A stretch of 24,000 nucleotides of DNA from Arcobacteraceae bacterium. GTDB taxonomy: Bacteria > Campylobacterota > Campylobacteria > Campylobacterales > Arcobacteraceae. A program made the position numbers and the translations under genes. The notes below the pieces were generated by a model. The model ran no database searches, was not told the DNA's origin, and saw nothing but the letters and a program-made list of their open reading frames with translations. Every line of letters starts with the position of its first letter. Position 1 is the stretch's first letter. Below are positions 8,466-18,200 of this stretch, piece by piece. The stretch is taken from contig JAQUAG010000011.1 of the NCBI GenBank assembly GCA_028687375.1, forward strand, positions 32,922 through 56,921, in the 5' to 3' direction.

Positions 8466-9482
8466 TCAAAGTAACGTATTATCAGTAGGAGTTTTGTAAA
8501 AAATAATCTCATCAAATTGATTTACAAAATAAGAATGTACCTTAATAAAACCATATTTTGTCACATCGAACTGAGATACTTTACTATTTTTATATGAAAT
8601 AAAAAGCATCAACATATCTATCTCATTCTTTAAAGTTTCAAGTAAACTAAGTCCCCCTTCGATCATAGAAAAGTTAATATCAAATTCTTCTAAATTATCA
8701 CCTATCAAAACCTTACGATTTGGTATATTAAAAAGAGGAATAGTCGTGTCAAACTCTTTTTGTTTTGAAAATATCAAAATATCACTAGCCTTCCCACCAT
8801 CTACAAATCTACTATCAAGTGTTGGTCTATCAATTCGTACAGTATTTCCACCAATGATGAGTAAATCAAGTTTTGTTCTTATTTTATGGACAAGATTCAA
8901 ACTATCTTGCGAAGTAATATAACCACCATCACAGCTTCCATCAGCTCGGATGGCTAATTTAAAAAATCTAAATTTATCATTGTGCCATTTAAAAAAAGGA
9001 AAAAGCAAATTATCACATTCCTCTTTTAAAATTCCAACCTCTACATCGACACCACTTTTTTGTAAAGTCTCACATCCACCGCTAGCTAGATTATTTGGGT
9101 CAAGAGAGCCAATGTAAACTTTTTTAAATCCAACCTCTTGTAAAAGATTTGCACAAGCAGGTGTTCTACCTGTGTGATTACAGGGTTCAAGTGTGACAAA
9201 AATTTCACAATCTTTAAAAAAGTTATTATGATGTTCAATTAAAAAGTTATGAATTTCAAATGATTCTTTGAAATTTTGTAAAGGAGAATTCGGATATGCA
9301 GTTAAATATGCTATTTTTAAGGCATTGACTTCAGCATGAGGTAATCCAGCTTCTCTATGGGCTTCAGTCGATAAAATTTCATTATCTCTAACAACACAAG
9401 CACCAACAGCTGGATTTGGATAGGTTAGAAATTGATACCTCCAAGCAATATCAATAGCTTTTTGCATATAGAAATTTTTCAT
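8466..9482 (-). CDS. ribD: Bifunctional diaminohydroxyphosphoribosylaminopyrimidine deaminase/5-amino-6-(5-phosphoribosylamino)uracil reductase
   Basis: 338 aa; PNPAVGACVV, HAEVNAL and TLEPCNHTGRTPAC deaminase zinc motifs; C-terminal reductase-like half. Confidence 0.92.
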   Translation of the reverse strand: MKNFYMQKAIDIAWRYQFLTYPNPAVGACVVRDNEILSTEAHREAGLPHAEVNALKIAYLTAYPNSPLQNFKESFEIHNFLIEHHNNFFKDCEIFVTLEPCNHTGRTPACANLLQEVGFKKVYIGSLDPNNLASGGCETLQKSGVDVEVGILKEECDNLLFPFFKWHNDKFRFFKLAIRADGSCDGGYITSQDSLNLVHKIRTKLDLLIIGGNTVRIDRPTLDSRFVDGGKASDILIFSKQKEFDTTIPLFNIPNRKVLIGDNLEEFDINFSMIEGGLSLLETLKNEIDMLMLFISYKNSKVSQFDVTKYGFIKVHSYFVNQFDEIIFYKTPTDNTLL

Positions 9483-9497
9483 ATATGCTTTTTTAAA

Positions 9498-9932
9498 TCA
9501 CCAAATATAATATGTAGAAGCACTTAAAATAGAGTTATATGGAATTGTAAAAGTTACACCATCTTCACCCTCGAAAGTAAAATTATTTTCACTATCAAAA
9601 CTTAATAATTTCCCTTTAAAAGGACCAACTTCATATTGTTTTCCTCTAACATTTTCACCAATAGAACCTTGAAGATGTTCAATCTTTTTCAATTTTCTTT
9701 CAATTCCAGGGCTACTTACTTCAAGAAGATATTTTCCTCTCATTGGTTCTTTTATATCTAAAATAGGTGCAACCATTCGGCTCACCTCTTCACATTTGTC
9801 CAAACTTACACCATCTTTTGAAGTGATATAAATTCTATAAATATTATTATCATGCTCTTTTAGTTGCGCTATATCATAAAGTGACATACCACAACCCTCT
9901 ACTACTACTTTTATCTCTTCTTCTAATTCCAT
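9498..9932 (-). CDS. rimP: Ribosome maturation factor RimP
   Basis: 144 aa; YRIYITSKDGVSLDKCEEVSRMVAPILD and YLLEVSSPGIERKLKKIEH are RimP signatures. Lies next to rbfA and infB. Confidence 0.92.
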   Translation of the reverse strand: MELEEEIKVVVEGCGMSLYDIAQLKEHDNNIYRIYITSKDGVSLDKCEEVSRMVAPILDIKEPMRGKYLLEVSSPGIERKLKKIEHLQGSIGENVRGKQYEVGPFKGKLLSFDSENNFTFEGEDGVTFTIPYNSILSASTYYIW

Positions 9933-9941
9933 ATTTTTCTC

Positions 9942-10313
9942 TTATTCTTCTTTTTCTTTTTTAGTATCTTTTCTTATTTTTGAAAATAATTCTTCTAACT
10001 TATTCACAGATTCTAATTTTGTATCATTTTCAAATGTAAAATCAGGACATTTATACCAACCTGTAGAGTTTAAAATGTATGATTTGATTCTACTATTTGC
10101 ACTATAGAGTGCTTTTTGAACCTCTTTTCGCTCATGTGGTGTTAAATCATTTCCATCATAATAAACTTTTGCGTCGTATTTTCCATTTTTACATTGAACA
10201 TCTGTGATAGTAAGAGAGTTAATTCTATTATCATTTAAATCACCAAGTGCTTCAGGAACAAGCTCTCGTAAAAGAGACTCTGTTCGTTGTAAATTTATAC
10301 TTTTATCTTTCAT
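9942..10313 (-). CDS. rbfA: Ribosome-binding factor A
   Basis: 123 aa between infB and rimP; LRELVPEALGDLNDNRINSLTITDVQCKNGKYDAKVYY. Confidence 0.88.
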   Translation of the reverse strand: MKDKSINLQRTESLLRELVPEALGDLNDNRINSLTITDVQCKNGKYDAKVYYDGNDLTPHERKEVQKALYSANSRIKSYILNSTGWYKCPDFTFENDTKLESVNKLEELFSKIRKDTKKEKEE

Positions 10314-10319
10314 TGAAAA

Positions 10320-12935
10320 TTATACCGTTTGAGCTTCTTTGTGCTCGATAAATGTTTCAATATAATCCCCAACTTTTACATCATTGAATTTTTTGAACAT
10401 AATTCCACACTCAAATCCATTAGCAACCTCTTTAACATCATCTTTGAATCGTTTAAGAGAATCTATATTCCCAGTGTAAATAACAATACCATCCCTGATA
10501 AGTCTAGCTCTTCCACCACGTACTACTTTTCCGTCACTTACGATACATCCAGCAACTGTTCCTACTTTTGGTACAACAAATGTTTCTCTAACTCTTGCTT
10601 GTCCTGTATTTTCTTCAATAACAATAGCACTCATCATTCCAGAAAGTGTATCTTTAATCTCGTCAATAAGGTTGTAAATAATACTATAAGTTCTAATCTC
10701 AACACCACTAGATTTTGCTTTAACTTTTACTTCACCTGTAGGTCTTACATTAAATCCAATGATTATACAATCATCACTAGCACTTGCAAGTGCAACGTCA
10801 GCTTCAGTAATTCCACCTACACCAGCACTAACTATTTTAACTTTAACTTCATCATTTTTAATATCTTCAAGACTAATTTTAATAGCTTCTAAACTTCCAC
10901 CAGCATCTGCTTTGATAATTACTGGAAGTGCTTTTATTTTACCTTCAGCGATTAGATTTGACATCTCTTCAAGTGAAACTTTTGTTGATTTACTCAACTC
11001 TTTTGCTCTTGCATGATCAGCTCTAGTTGTAGCAATTGCTTTTGCTTCAGATGCACTTTCAAGTGCTACAAGTGAAACACCAGTATTTGGAACATCATTT
11101 AATCCAACAACTTGACCTGTTTTGCTAAGACCAAGTTCAGTTACAGGTTTTCCAGAATCATCAAGAAGTGCTTTTACTCTTCCGTAAGTTGTATCTGCAA
11201 CGATATTATCTCCAACTTTTAAAGTTCCATTTTGAACGATAACAGTAGCAACAGCTCCTCTTCCTTTTACTGTTGAACCTTCTATAACAGTTGCTTTTGC
11301 AAGTGATGTAGGATCTGCTTGTAATTCAAGAAGTTCAGATTGGATAAGGATATTTTCTAATAATTCCTCTATTCCAGCTCCACTTAATGCAGAAACTCCA
11401 ATAAATTCATAGTCTCCACCCCACTCTGTTGGCATAATTCCATGTTCAGCCATACCAGCTTTTACCATATCCATATTTGCAGTTTCTTTATCAATTTTAT
11501 TCACAGCAACTATAATTGGTGCACCACTATCTTTAGCAGCCTTGATTGACTCAATCGTTTGAGGTTTAACACCATCATCAGCAGCAACAACAAGAATTAC
11601 GATATCTGTAATATTTGCCCCTCTAATTCTCATTGAACTAAATGCTTCATGCCCTGGAGTATCTACAAATGTAATCTCTTTTCCATTTTTAGTAACTGTA
11701 TAAGCTGAGATATGTTGTGTAATCCCACCTGCTTCTCCAGCTGCTACTCTACTTTTTCTAATTTTGTCTAATAACGATGTTTTACCATGATCAACGTGTC
11801 CCATAATTGTAACAACTGGTGGACGATTAACAAAATTAGATTTATCAATAACCTCATCATCATAAGTCTCTTCGTAGTTTACCTCTTCAAGCTCATCTTT
11901 GATAGTGATTTCAATATCATATTCTTCACCAAGAATCTCTATCTCATCATTTCCAAGGAAATCATTTTTAGTAACCATCATACCAAGCATAAACAATTTA
12001 CCAATAACATCAGCAGTTGATTTACCAATTTTTTCAGCAAATTCATAAACCCTACACTCTTCAGGAATTGTTACACTTGTAATCTCTTCAGCTTCAGTTT
12101 TTTTGATATATTTTTTCTTTTTACTTGATCTTTTTAATCCTCTTGGAACATTTCCAAAAGCTGATGGTTTTGTTGTTCTTATATTTTCAGTTTGTTTTGG
12201 AGTATCTTGCAAAAATTTAGAAGTTTCAAGTAAATCCATATCATATAGAACTACCTCTTCCCCAAGAATTGAATCTTCACTCTCTTTAAATGCATCATTT
12301 GCATGAACAAAAACATCTATTTTTTCACCACTTAAATGTGCTTTTGGTGGTGCTTTTTTAATTTGTTTTTTTATTTTTGAAGGTTGTTGTTTTTGACTAT
12401 AGTCATCTTTATTTTCAGGAGAATTTCCAAAAAGTTCACTCATAGACTTCATTGATTGTTTTTTAGGTTGTTCATATTTACTTACAACTACTTCATCTAT
12501 TGGTCTTCTTTTCTTTACAATTGTAAGTTTTCCTCTTTTAAGTGGTGCTTCACCTTCTGCAATAGATTGAACTTGTTTTACCTCATCGATTTTTGTATCT
12601 TCTTCAATAATAGTATCTTCTTTTGGAGAAACTACTGTTTCTATCTCTTCAACGCTTACTTCAGATATCACTTCAACTTTTGGTTTAGGTTGTGTTTTTT
12701 TAGCAACTGTGTTTGTTGTGATACTTGAATTTTTAGCTTTTGGTTCAGATGTTGTTTTAATTTTGTCACTTTTACCTGTAACGATATAATTTACAATCTC
12801 TTCGGCTTGTTCATAAGTTAATTTACTTTGTGGTGATTTTAAAATGATTGATAAATCAGCCGCCTTTGCAATTACCTCTGCGTGTGTTGCACCTGATTCT
12901 TCTGCTATCTCTCTTATACTTACTTTGTCTTCCAT
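10320..12935 (-). CDS. infB: Translation initiation factor IF-2
   Basis: 871 aa; [55 protein letters not shown]. Confidence 0.98.
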   Translation of the reverse strand: MEDKVSIREIAEESGATHAEVIAKAADLSIILKSPQSKLTYEQAEEIVNYIVTGKSDKIKTTSEPKAKNSSITTNTVAKKTQPKPKVEVISEVSVEEIETVVSPKEDTIIEEDTKIDEVKQVQSIAEGEAPLKRGKLTIVKKRRPIDEVVVSKYEQPKKQSMKSMSELFGNSPENKDDYSQKQQPSKIKKQIKKAPPKAHLSGEKIDVFVHANDAFKESEDSILGEEVVLYDMDLLETSKFLQDTPKQTENIRTTKPSAFGNVPRGLKRSSKKKKYIKKTEAEEITSVTIPEECRVYEFAEKIGKSTADVIGKLFMLGMMVTKNDFLGNDEIEILGEEYDIEITIKDELEEVNYEETYDDEVIDKSNFVNRPPVVTIMGHVDHGKTSLLDKIRKSRVAAGEAGGITQHISAYTVTKNGKEITFVDTPGHEAFSSMRIRGANITDIVILVVAADDGVKPQTIESIKAAKDSGAPIIVAVNKIDKETANMDMVKAGMAEHGIMPTEWGGDYEFIGVSALSGAGIEELLENILIQSELLELQADPTSLAKATVIEGSTVKGRGAVATVIVQNGTLKVGDNIVADTTYGRVKALLDDSGKPVTELGLSKTGQVVGLNDVPNTGVSLVALESASEAKAIATTRADHARAKELSKSTKVSLEEMSNLIAEGKIKALPVIIKADAGGSLEAIKISLEDIKNDEVKVKIVSAGVGGITEADVALASASDDCIIIGFNVRPTGEVKVKAKSSGVEIRTYSIIYNLIDEIKDTLSGMMSAIVIEENTGQARVRETFVVPKVGTVAGCIVSDGKVVRGGRARLIRDGIVIYTGNIDSLKRFKDDVKEVANGFECGIMFKKFNDVKVGDYIETFIEHKEAQTV

Positions 12936-13174
12936 ATTTCTACTATCTCCTTAAGCTGTTCTTCATAATCAGCTTTGTTTTTACATTGTCTATAAACTGA
13001 TTTAACCGATTTTTTAATATCTTCACAACATTTTTCACAAAGGTAAAAACTTCTCCCCGTTTTAGAAAAAGGGATTAAAATTTTATCATTACATTGCAAT
13101 CGCAACATTGTATTTTGTTCAGATTTTGCTCTACAAGCAATGCAAGTTCTTATCGGTTTATTTTTCAAATTCAC
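12920..13174 (-). CDS. YlxR/DUF448 family protein (RnpM-like)
   Basis: 84 aa; NKPIRTCIACRAKSEQNTMLRL...FSKTGRSFYLCEKCCEDIKK. Located directly upstream of infB with a 16-nt overlap, as in typical nusA/infB operons. Confidence 0.88.
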   Translation of the reverse strand: MNLKNKPIRTCIACRAKSEQNTMLRLQCNDKILIPFSKTGRSFYLCEKCCEDIKKSVKSVYRQCKNKADYEEQLKEIVEIWKTK

Positions 13175-13194
13175 GGATTGTACCTAAAATTCTC

Positions 13195-14076
13195 TTAATA
13201 TTCCACTTGTACGCCACTATTATTAAAGTCACAAGTATAAACTTTAAATTGTGGGAAATTCTCTTTTAGTACAGTTGCCAGATTTTTTGCATCATCACTA
13301 TATGCAATACTAAAAAAAGTTGAACCACTCCCAGAAAGAGTACTCATCAAAGCTCCATTTTTTAATGCTGTTTTTTGTACAGCAAATAATTCAGGCATCT
13401 GTTTCATCCTATAGTATTGGTGCATCCTATCATTTGAAGCTTCTTTTAACATTTGCCAATTTTCACTAAAAAAAGCAGCTGTTAAAAGGGAACTATGAGA
13501 AACATTAAAAACGGTATCCTCTATAGAATATTTAAAAGGGAGTATTTTCCTTGATTCATTTGTGCTAATAGGACGATTAGGGATAACAACTACAACTTTC
13601 AAACTTTCAGGTAACTCTTTTCTTATAAAATTAACTTCATGATCTTTTACAGTTGCAACTGTAAACCCACCCATCACAGCTGGTGTGATATTATCAGGAT
13701 GAGATTCATAACTAAGAGCAAGATTAAGAAGTTTTTGCTTATCTATCTTCATATCACAAATAGCATACGCAGAAGCTATTGCACTAATTATAACCGCACT
13801 ACTACTTCCAAGTCCTCTTGAAAGGGGAATTTCGTTTATAAATTCAAATCTAAAATTTTGTTTTTTACTACTTAGATTGTCATAAAAGTCGTTAAATGTT
13901 GAGACAAACATATTATTTGTTTTGAGTTTTGGGTTATTTGCACCCTCACCTTTTAAAGAAACACTATTAAATTTAGCTGGTTTTATAATCACTTTATTTC
14001 TAATATTTAATGCCAATCCTAAGGTATCAAACCCTGGTCCTAAATTTGCACTTGTTGCTGGTACAGTTACTTTCAT
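13195..14076 (-). CDS. thrB: Homoserine kinase
   Basis: MKVTVPATSANLGPGFDTLGLAL, and PLSRGLGSSSAVIISAIASAYAI (GHMP ATP-binding). The supplied ORF starts at 14106 (TTG). The ATG at 14074-14076, with AAAGGAG just upstream, is the more likely start. Confidence 0.95.
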   Translation of the reverse strand: MKVTVPATSANLGPGFDTLGLALNIRNKVIIKPAKFNSVSLKGEGANNPKLKTNNMFVSTFNDFYDNLSSKKQNFRFEFINEIPLSRGLGSSSAVIISAIASAYAICDMKIDKQKLLNLALSYESHPDNITPAVMGGFTVATVKDHEVNFIRKELPESLKVVVVIPNRPISTNESRKILPFKYSIEDTVFNVSHSSLLTAAFFSENWQMLKEASNDRMHQYYRMKQMPELFAVQKTALKNGALMSTLSGSGSTFFSIAYSDDAKNLATVLKENFPQFKVYTCDFNNSGVQVEY

Positions 14077-14137
14077 CCCTTCTCCTTTAAAATGTCCCAT
14101 TTTCAAGGGACCAAATTGTTAAATGACTACTTTTAAC

Positions 14138-14193
14138 GATTTGACAAGTCAAATCTAAAGTAGCAAATCCTAAAGAGGAAAACAAGTTTTCCT
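14138..14193. other. Two tandem short hairpins between cysS and thrB (possible attenuation/terminator/processing element)
   Basis: GATTTGAC-AA-GTCAAATC (14138-14155), with flanking CTACTTT/AAAGTAG arms (14127-14133/14157-14163), and AGGAAAAC-AA-GTTTTCCT (14176-14193). Confidence 0.45.
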
Positions 14194-14196
14194 TAT

Positions 14197-15603
14197 CTAA
14201 ATTTTTTCCCATAATGTACCATTTGCTGTATCCATTATGCTTATTTTCATACTGTTTAGTTCCTCTCTTATTTTATCACTTAAAGCAAAGTTTTTTCCCT
14301 TTTTTGCTTCAGTTCTTTCCAAAATTAGCTTCTCAATTTTATTTTTTTCATTTTCAGTAATTCCAAATTGAAAATAACTATAAGGACTTTGAAAACAAAT
14401 CCCTAAAATATCACTTATAAAATGGAACACATCAACAATTTGACTTTTTAAATTCTTATCTTTTGGATTGTTATCAAGTTTATCATTCGCAAAATTGATA
14501 AATTCATCAATAGAAGCAAAAGCTTTTGAAGTGTTTAAATCATCATTTAAAGCATCTAAAATATTTTGTTTGTAGATTAAAGGTTTTAAAGTTTCATTTT
14601 TAACAATATCATAAACTCTCTTTTTAAGTCTATACATTTTGTCAAGTCTTCTTTTACTAGCTTCTAAATCTTCTGTATTAAAAGATAAATCAGCTCTATA
14701 ATAAGTAGTTAACATATAAAATCGGATAACCTCTCCACTATACTCTTTTAAAGCATCTTTGAGAAAAAAGCTATTTCCAAGCGATTTACTCATCTTTTCC
14801 CCATTAATATTGACAAAACCATTATGAACCCAATATTTTGACAACTCTTGATTATAAGCCATTCTTGATTGTGATGCTTCATTTTCATGGTGTGGAAAAA
14901 GTAAATCAGCTCCTCCACCGTGAATATCTATAGCATATGGGAGTGATTTATCGCTTAGATGTTTATCTATCATAGCACTACATTCACAATGCCAACCTGG
15001 ACGACCTTCTCCAAAATGGGTATGAAAACTTACACCATCCGTATTGTATTTCCAAAGTGCAAAATCTTTAGAATCTCTTTTTTCTAAATTTGATTCAACC
15101 CTTGAAAGTGAATTTTCATCACTAGCTCTATGGGAGATATTCCCATAATTTTTATCTTTTGAAGTATCAAAATAGACACCATCTTCAAGTTTATAAGCAA
15201 TATCTTCTTTTAAAAGATTTTCTATTAGATGTTCCATCGCTTCTAAACTATTTGTTGCAAGTGGCTCTATTGTATTTGGAAGATTATTTAAAGATTGCAT
15301 ATCAGCTTTGTAACTATTGATATAATGTGTTGTAATCTCTTCTAAAGATTGATTTGTATCTTTCATCTTTTTAATGATTTTATCATCTATATCTGTAAAG
15401 TTTTTGACAAATGTCACTTCATAACCATTTGCTTTGAGAACTCTATGTAATAAATCAAATACTATTGCGCTTCTTGCATGTCCAAGATGTGCATCATCAT
15501 AAACAGTTGGTCCACAAACATACATTTTTACTTGATGTGGAACTTGAGGTGTAAAAAGAAGTTTTTCTTTCTTTACACTATCATATATATACATATTTGC
15601 CAT
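14197..15603 (-). CDS. cysS: Cysteinyl-tRNA synthetase
   Basis: MYVCGPTVYDDAHLGHARSAIVFD (HIGH-like), GRPGWHCECSAMI, DIHGGGADLLFPHHENE, NGEKMSKSLGN (KMSKS). The start could be the in-frame ATG at the MYIYDS methionine. Confidence 0.97.
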   Translation of the reverse strand: MANMYIYDSVKKEKLLFTPQVPHQVKMYVCGPTVYDDAHLGHARSAIVFDLLHRVLKANGYEVTFVKNFTDIDDKIIKKMKDTNQSLEEITTHYINSYKADMQSLNNLPNTIEPLATNSLEAMEHLIENLLKEDIAYKLEDGVYFDTSKDKNYGNISHRASDENSLSRVESNLEKRDSKDFALWKYNTDGVSFHTHFGEGRPGWHCECSAMIDKHLSDKSLPYAIDIHGGGADLLFPHHENEASQSRMAYNQELSKYWVHNGFVNINGEKMSKSLGNSFFLKDALKEYSGEVIRFYMLTTYYRADLSFNTEDLEASKRRLDKMYRLKKRVYDIVKNETLKPLIYKQNILDALNDDLNTSKAFASIDEFINFANDKLDNNPKDKNLKSQIVDVFHFISDILGICFQSPYSYFQFGITENEKNKIEKLILERTEAKKGKNFALSDKIREELNSMKISIMDTANGTLWEKI

Positions 15604-16778
15604 TATTTAAATAATGCCTCCAAACTTGATACATCTTTTGTTTTCTCTTCACTTACTTTATCTTCATTATCAGTTGAAGGTGTTACTCCACCCACTTCAT
15701 TTACAACAATATCAAAATTTGTAAGCATAGATGCAAGTCGAATATTTAAACCCTCTTTCCCTATCGCTTTCCCTTTTTGGTCTGAATTAATTGTGATAAT
15801 CGCTTTACTTTTTTCGTTTGGATTTGTACTTTTTTCAATTTTTACACTATTAACAATAGCTGGACTCATAGCACGACTTACAAAAATTTCAGGAATTGGA
15901 CTATAATCAATACAGTCAATATTTTCCCCATTTAATTGTTTACTAACAGCATTTATCCTAACACCTTTTACCCCAACAATTGCACCAATTGGATCTATAT
16001 TTGCCTCTGTTGTAGAGATAGCAATTTTAGAACGAACCCCTGGAATTCTTGCACTTGATTCAATTGTTATTCTTTTATCTTTTAATTCTGGAACTTCAAG
16101 AGTAAGCAAACTTTCTAAAAATTTAGGGCTTGTACGACTTACTTCAACAATAAGTCCATATTGTTTATCAACTTTAACACTTTTTACAACAGCTTTTAAT
16201 GAATCCCCAACTTTAAAAGTTTCCCCTTTTATTCTATTTTTTCGTGGAAGAATTGCTCTTACTTCCCCAATTTCCATAAAAGTATTATCTTGTCTATCAA
16301 CACTTGTTACAGAACTTGTAACTGTTTTTCCAAGTTTTGAATTGTATTTTTTAAATAAATTATCTTCGATATGTCTTTGAAGTCTATACTCAAGATTTGT
16401 AAAAAGAATCGTAGCTGCATTTCTCCCCATTGATTCAAATTCTAAATCATAATTTAAAAAATCCCCAATTTCAAGACCATCATCAAGATTTTTAGCCTCA
16501 TCAATTGAAATATAATTTTCTACATTTACTTCAACCTCTTCCTCATCTACAATTGTTTTACCTTCTAGTTTTGTATCATCATTTGCTACAACTTCTATTT
16601 TTTGAAATAGATTTAATTTCTTTTTCTCTCTATTGATACTTGCATCAAATACAAGATTTCCACCTATCATTTTTTCAGCTGTTTTTATAAGAGATTCTTT
16701 TAATGCCTCTTCAATTTCAACTGTTTTAAGCCCTTTTTCATAAGCAATACTATCAATAATATCTATAATCTTTTCCAT
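15603..16778 (-). CDS. nusA: Transcription termination/antitermination protein NusA
   Basis: MEKIIDIIDSIAYEKGLKTVEIEEALKESLIKTAEK; S1-like and KH regions (RIPGVRSKIAIS..DPIGAIVGVKGVRINAVSKQLNGENIDCIDY; GKAIGKEGLNIRLASML). The tracked ORF starts at a TTG at 16826. The ATG at 16776-16778 follows AAGGAAAAAAAT and is preferred. Confidence 0.93.
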   Translation of the reverse strand: MEKIIDIIDSIAYEKGLKTVEIEEALKESLIKTAEKMIGGNLVFDASINREKKKLNLFQKIEVVANDDTKLEGKTIVDEEEVEVNVENYISIDEAKNLDDGLEIGDFLNYDLEFESMGRNAATILFTNLEYRLQRHIEDNLFKKYNSKLGKTVTSSVTSVDRQDNTFMEIGEVRAILPRKNRIKGETFKVGDSLKAVVKSVKVDKQYGLIVEVSRTSPKFLESLLTLEVPELKDKRITIESSARIPGVRSKIAISTTEANIDPIGAIVGVKGVRINAVSKQLNGENIDCIDYSPIPEIFVSRAMSPAIVNSVKIEKSTNPNEKSKAIITINSDQKGKAIGKEGLNIRLASMLTNFDIVVNEVGGVTPSTDNEDKVSEEKTKDVSSLEALFK

Positions 16779-16929
16779 ATTTTTTTCCTTTTTTAACAAT
16801 GCGAACGTTTTTTTTGGATTTTCCAATGCTGCTGCATTTTTGATGAATGGATTGTAACCAAATAAAACTTAAATGATATAAATAACTATTTTTATAAGTA
16901 GTTAAAACTTTTTTTACTTTTATTTAAGT

Positions 16930-16937
16930 ATAGTATT
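16930..16937 (+). promoter_or_regulatory. Candidate -10 region (TATAGTAT) upstream of the chemoreceptor gene
   Basis: TATAGTAT in an AT-rich intergenic region about 30 nt upstream of the ATG at 16966. No convincing -35. Confidence 0.25.
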
Positions 16938-16965
16938 ACAAATTTATTACATAAAGAGGCCAAAT

Positions 16966-18140
16966 ATGTTTTTTGGAACACAAAAGTTAAAAGATGAGAT
17001 TGAAAGTTTAACTACTAAACTGTCATCTAAAGAGTTGGAATTAGGTTCTTCTATTGAAAAGATAAAAGATAAAGATAAAGAGATTAGCAGTTTAATTTCT
17101 AATAATAATCAACTTCAAAGTATGATTAATGAATTAAATGAAAAACTAAAGAATGCAAATAACACAGTAGTTACATCAACTTCAACTGACCATTTAAGTG
17201 AAAATCTTCAACATCTATTTAGTAGTGAAAATGAACATCTTAAAGTAGGTTTGTTAGATATTCAAGCAAACTTAGCAGAATCAACAACTTTAGCAAGAGA
17301 AATCTAGATAGTACCCATGCTGTAAAAACAGTATTTAGAGATTCTTCTTTAAAATTAAAAGATATTACCAATGAAATGAATTCACTGTATCTAAATGCTA
17401 CAGAGATAAATCAAGTTGTAAATCAATTAAATGAAAAAGCTGTAAATATTGCAAAAGCGGTTGTGACAATAGATCAAATTTCATTTCAAACAAATATTCT
17501 ATCTTTAAATGCTGCTGTTGAAGCTGCGACTGCGGGGGAAGCTGGTAAAGGTTTTGCCGTTGTTGCACAAGAGGTAAGAAATCTTGCAAATAGAAGTAGT
17601 GATTCGGCAAAAGAGATTAGTAGTGTTGTTCAATCAATTCAAGATAGTGTTAAACAAACCAATGAAAGATTTGAGCTAATAACACAAGCTATCAATCAAA
17701 TTTCACAAACAACCCTAAACTATTCAGATGAAATCAATGGTGCAATGAATATAACTTCAACAGCATTTGATGGACTCAATAGCATAACAGATAAAATATT
17801 TATGAGTTTAGCGAAACTTGACCATGTTATCTGGAAAGTGAATACTTATCTTTCTGTTGCAGAACAAAAACCTGCATTTGGATTTGTTGACCATAAAAAT
17901 TGTAGATTAGGAAAATGGTATAACGAAGGACTTGGTAAAAAATTCTTCTCTAAAACTCCAAGTTATGGAAAACTTGATATTCCACATAGTAAAGTTCACA
18001 ATGCAACACATCATGTATTTGATGCAATCAAAGATAATGAAGTTAATTATGATTATGCAGTTAAAGCACTTGCAGAGATGGAACAAGCTAGTAAAGATGT
18101 ATTTAAACTTCTTGATCAAATTCTACACGAAAGACATTAA
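16966..18140 (+). pseudogene. Cytoplasmic methyl-accepting chemotaxis protein with C-terminal CZB zinc-binding domain (TlpD-like), interrupted by a frameshift near 17301
   Basis: ORF 16966-17307 (coiled-coil N-terminus) and ORF 17376-18140 (MCP hairpin [45 protein letters not shown], and [18 protein letters not shown]...[19 protein letters not shown]...[13 protein letters not shown]) are adjacent on one strand. Changing frame at 17301 gives one continuous ~391-aa protein ...[34 protein letters not shown].... Confidence 0.8.
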
Positions 18141-18173
18141 CGATATTATTTTTTTAAATATCTATGAGATTGC

Positions 18174-18200
18174 AAAGGGAGGCAACTCCCTTTTCTTATT
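18174..18200 (+). terminator. Rho-independent terminator of the chemoreceptor gene
   Basis: AAAGGGAG-GCAA-CTCCCTTT perfect 8-bp stem with GNRA tetraloop (18174-18193), followed by TCTTATTTT. Confidence 0.88.

Noticed and set aside
10329-10892. 187-aa + strand ORF antisense to infB, plus other antisense ORFs in infB (10759, 11787, 12103, 12456)
   Set aside because: Low-complexity (Ser/Asn/Phe-rich) translations expected from the antisense of an AT-rich gene. infB itself is unambiguous across the region.
15478-15906. 142-aa + strand ORF across the cysS/nusA junction
   Set aside because: Antisense to two conserved genes; no domain recognised.
16883-16904. Short inverted repeat TAACTA...TAGTTA in the nusA-chemoreceptor intergenic region
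   Set aside because: Only 6-bp, AT-only arms. Expected by chance in this composition, and no position-specific reason to call it an operator.
17290-17310. Programmed -1 ribosomal frameshifting as explanation for the split chemoreceptor
   Set aside because: The zero-frame sequence around the shift (GCA AGA GAA ATC TAG) has no canonical slippery heptamer, and I saw no obvious downstream stimulatory structure. Mutation or sequencing error is simpler.
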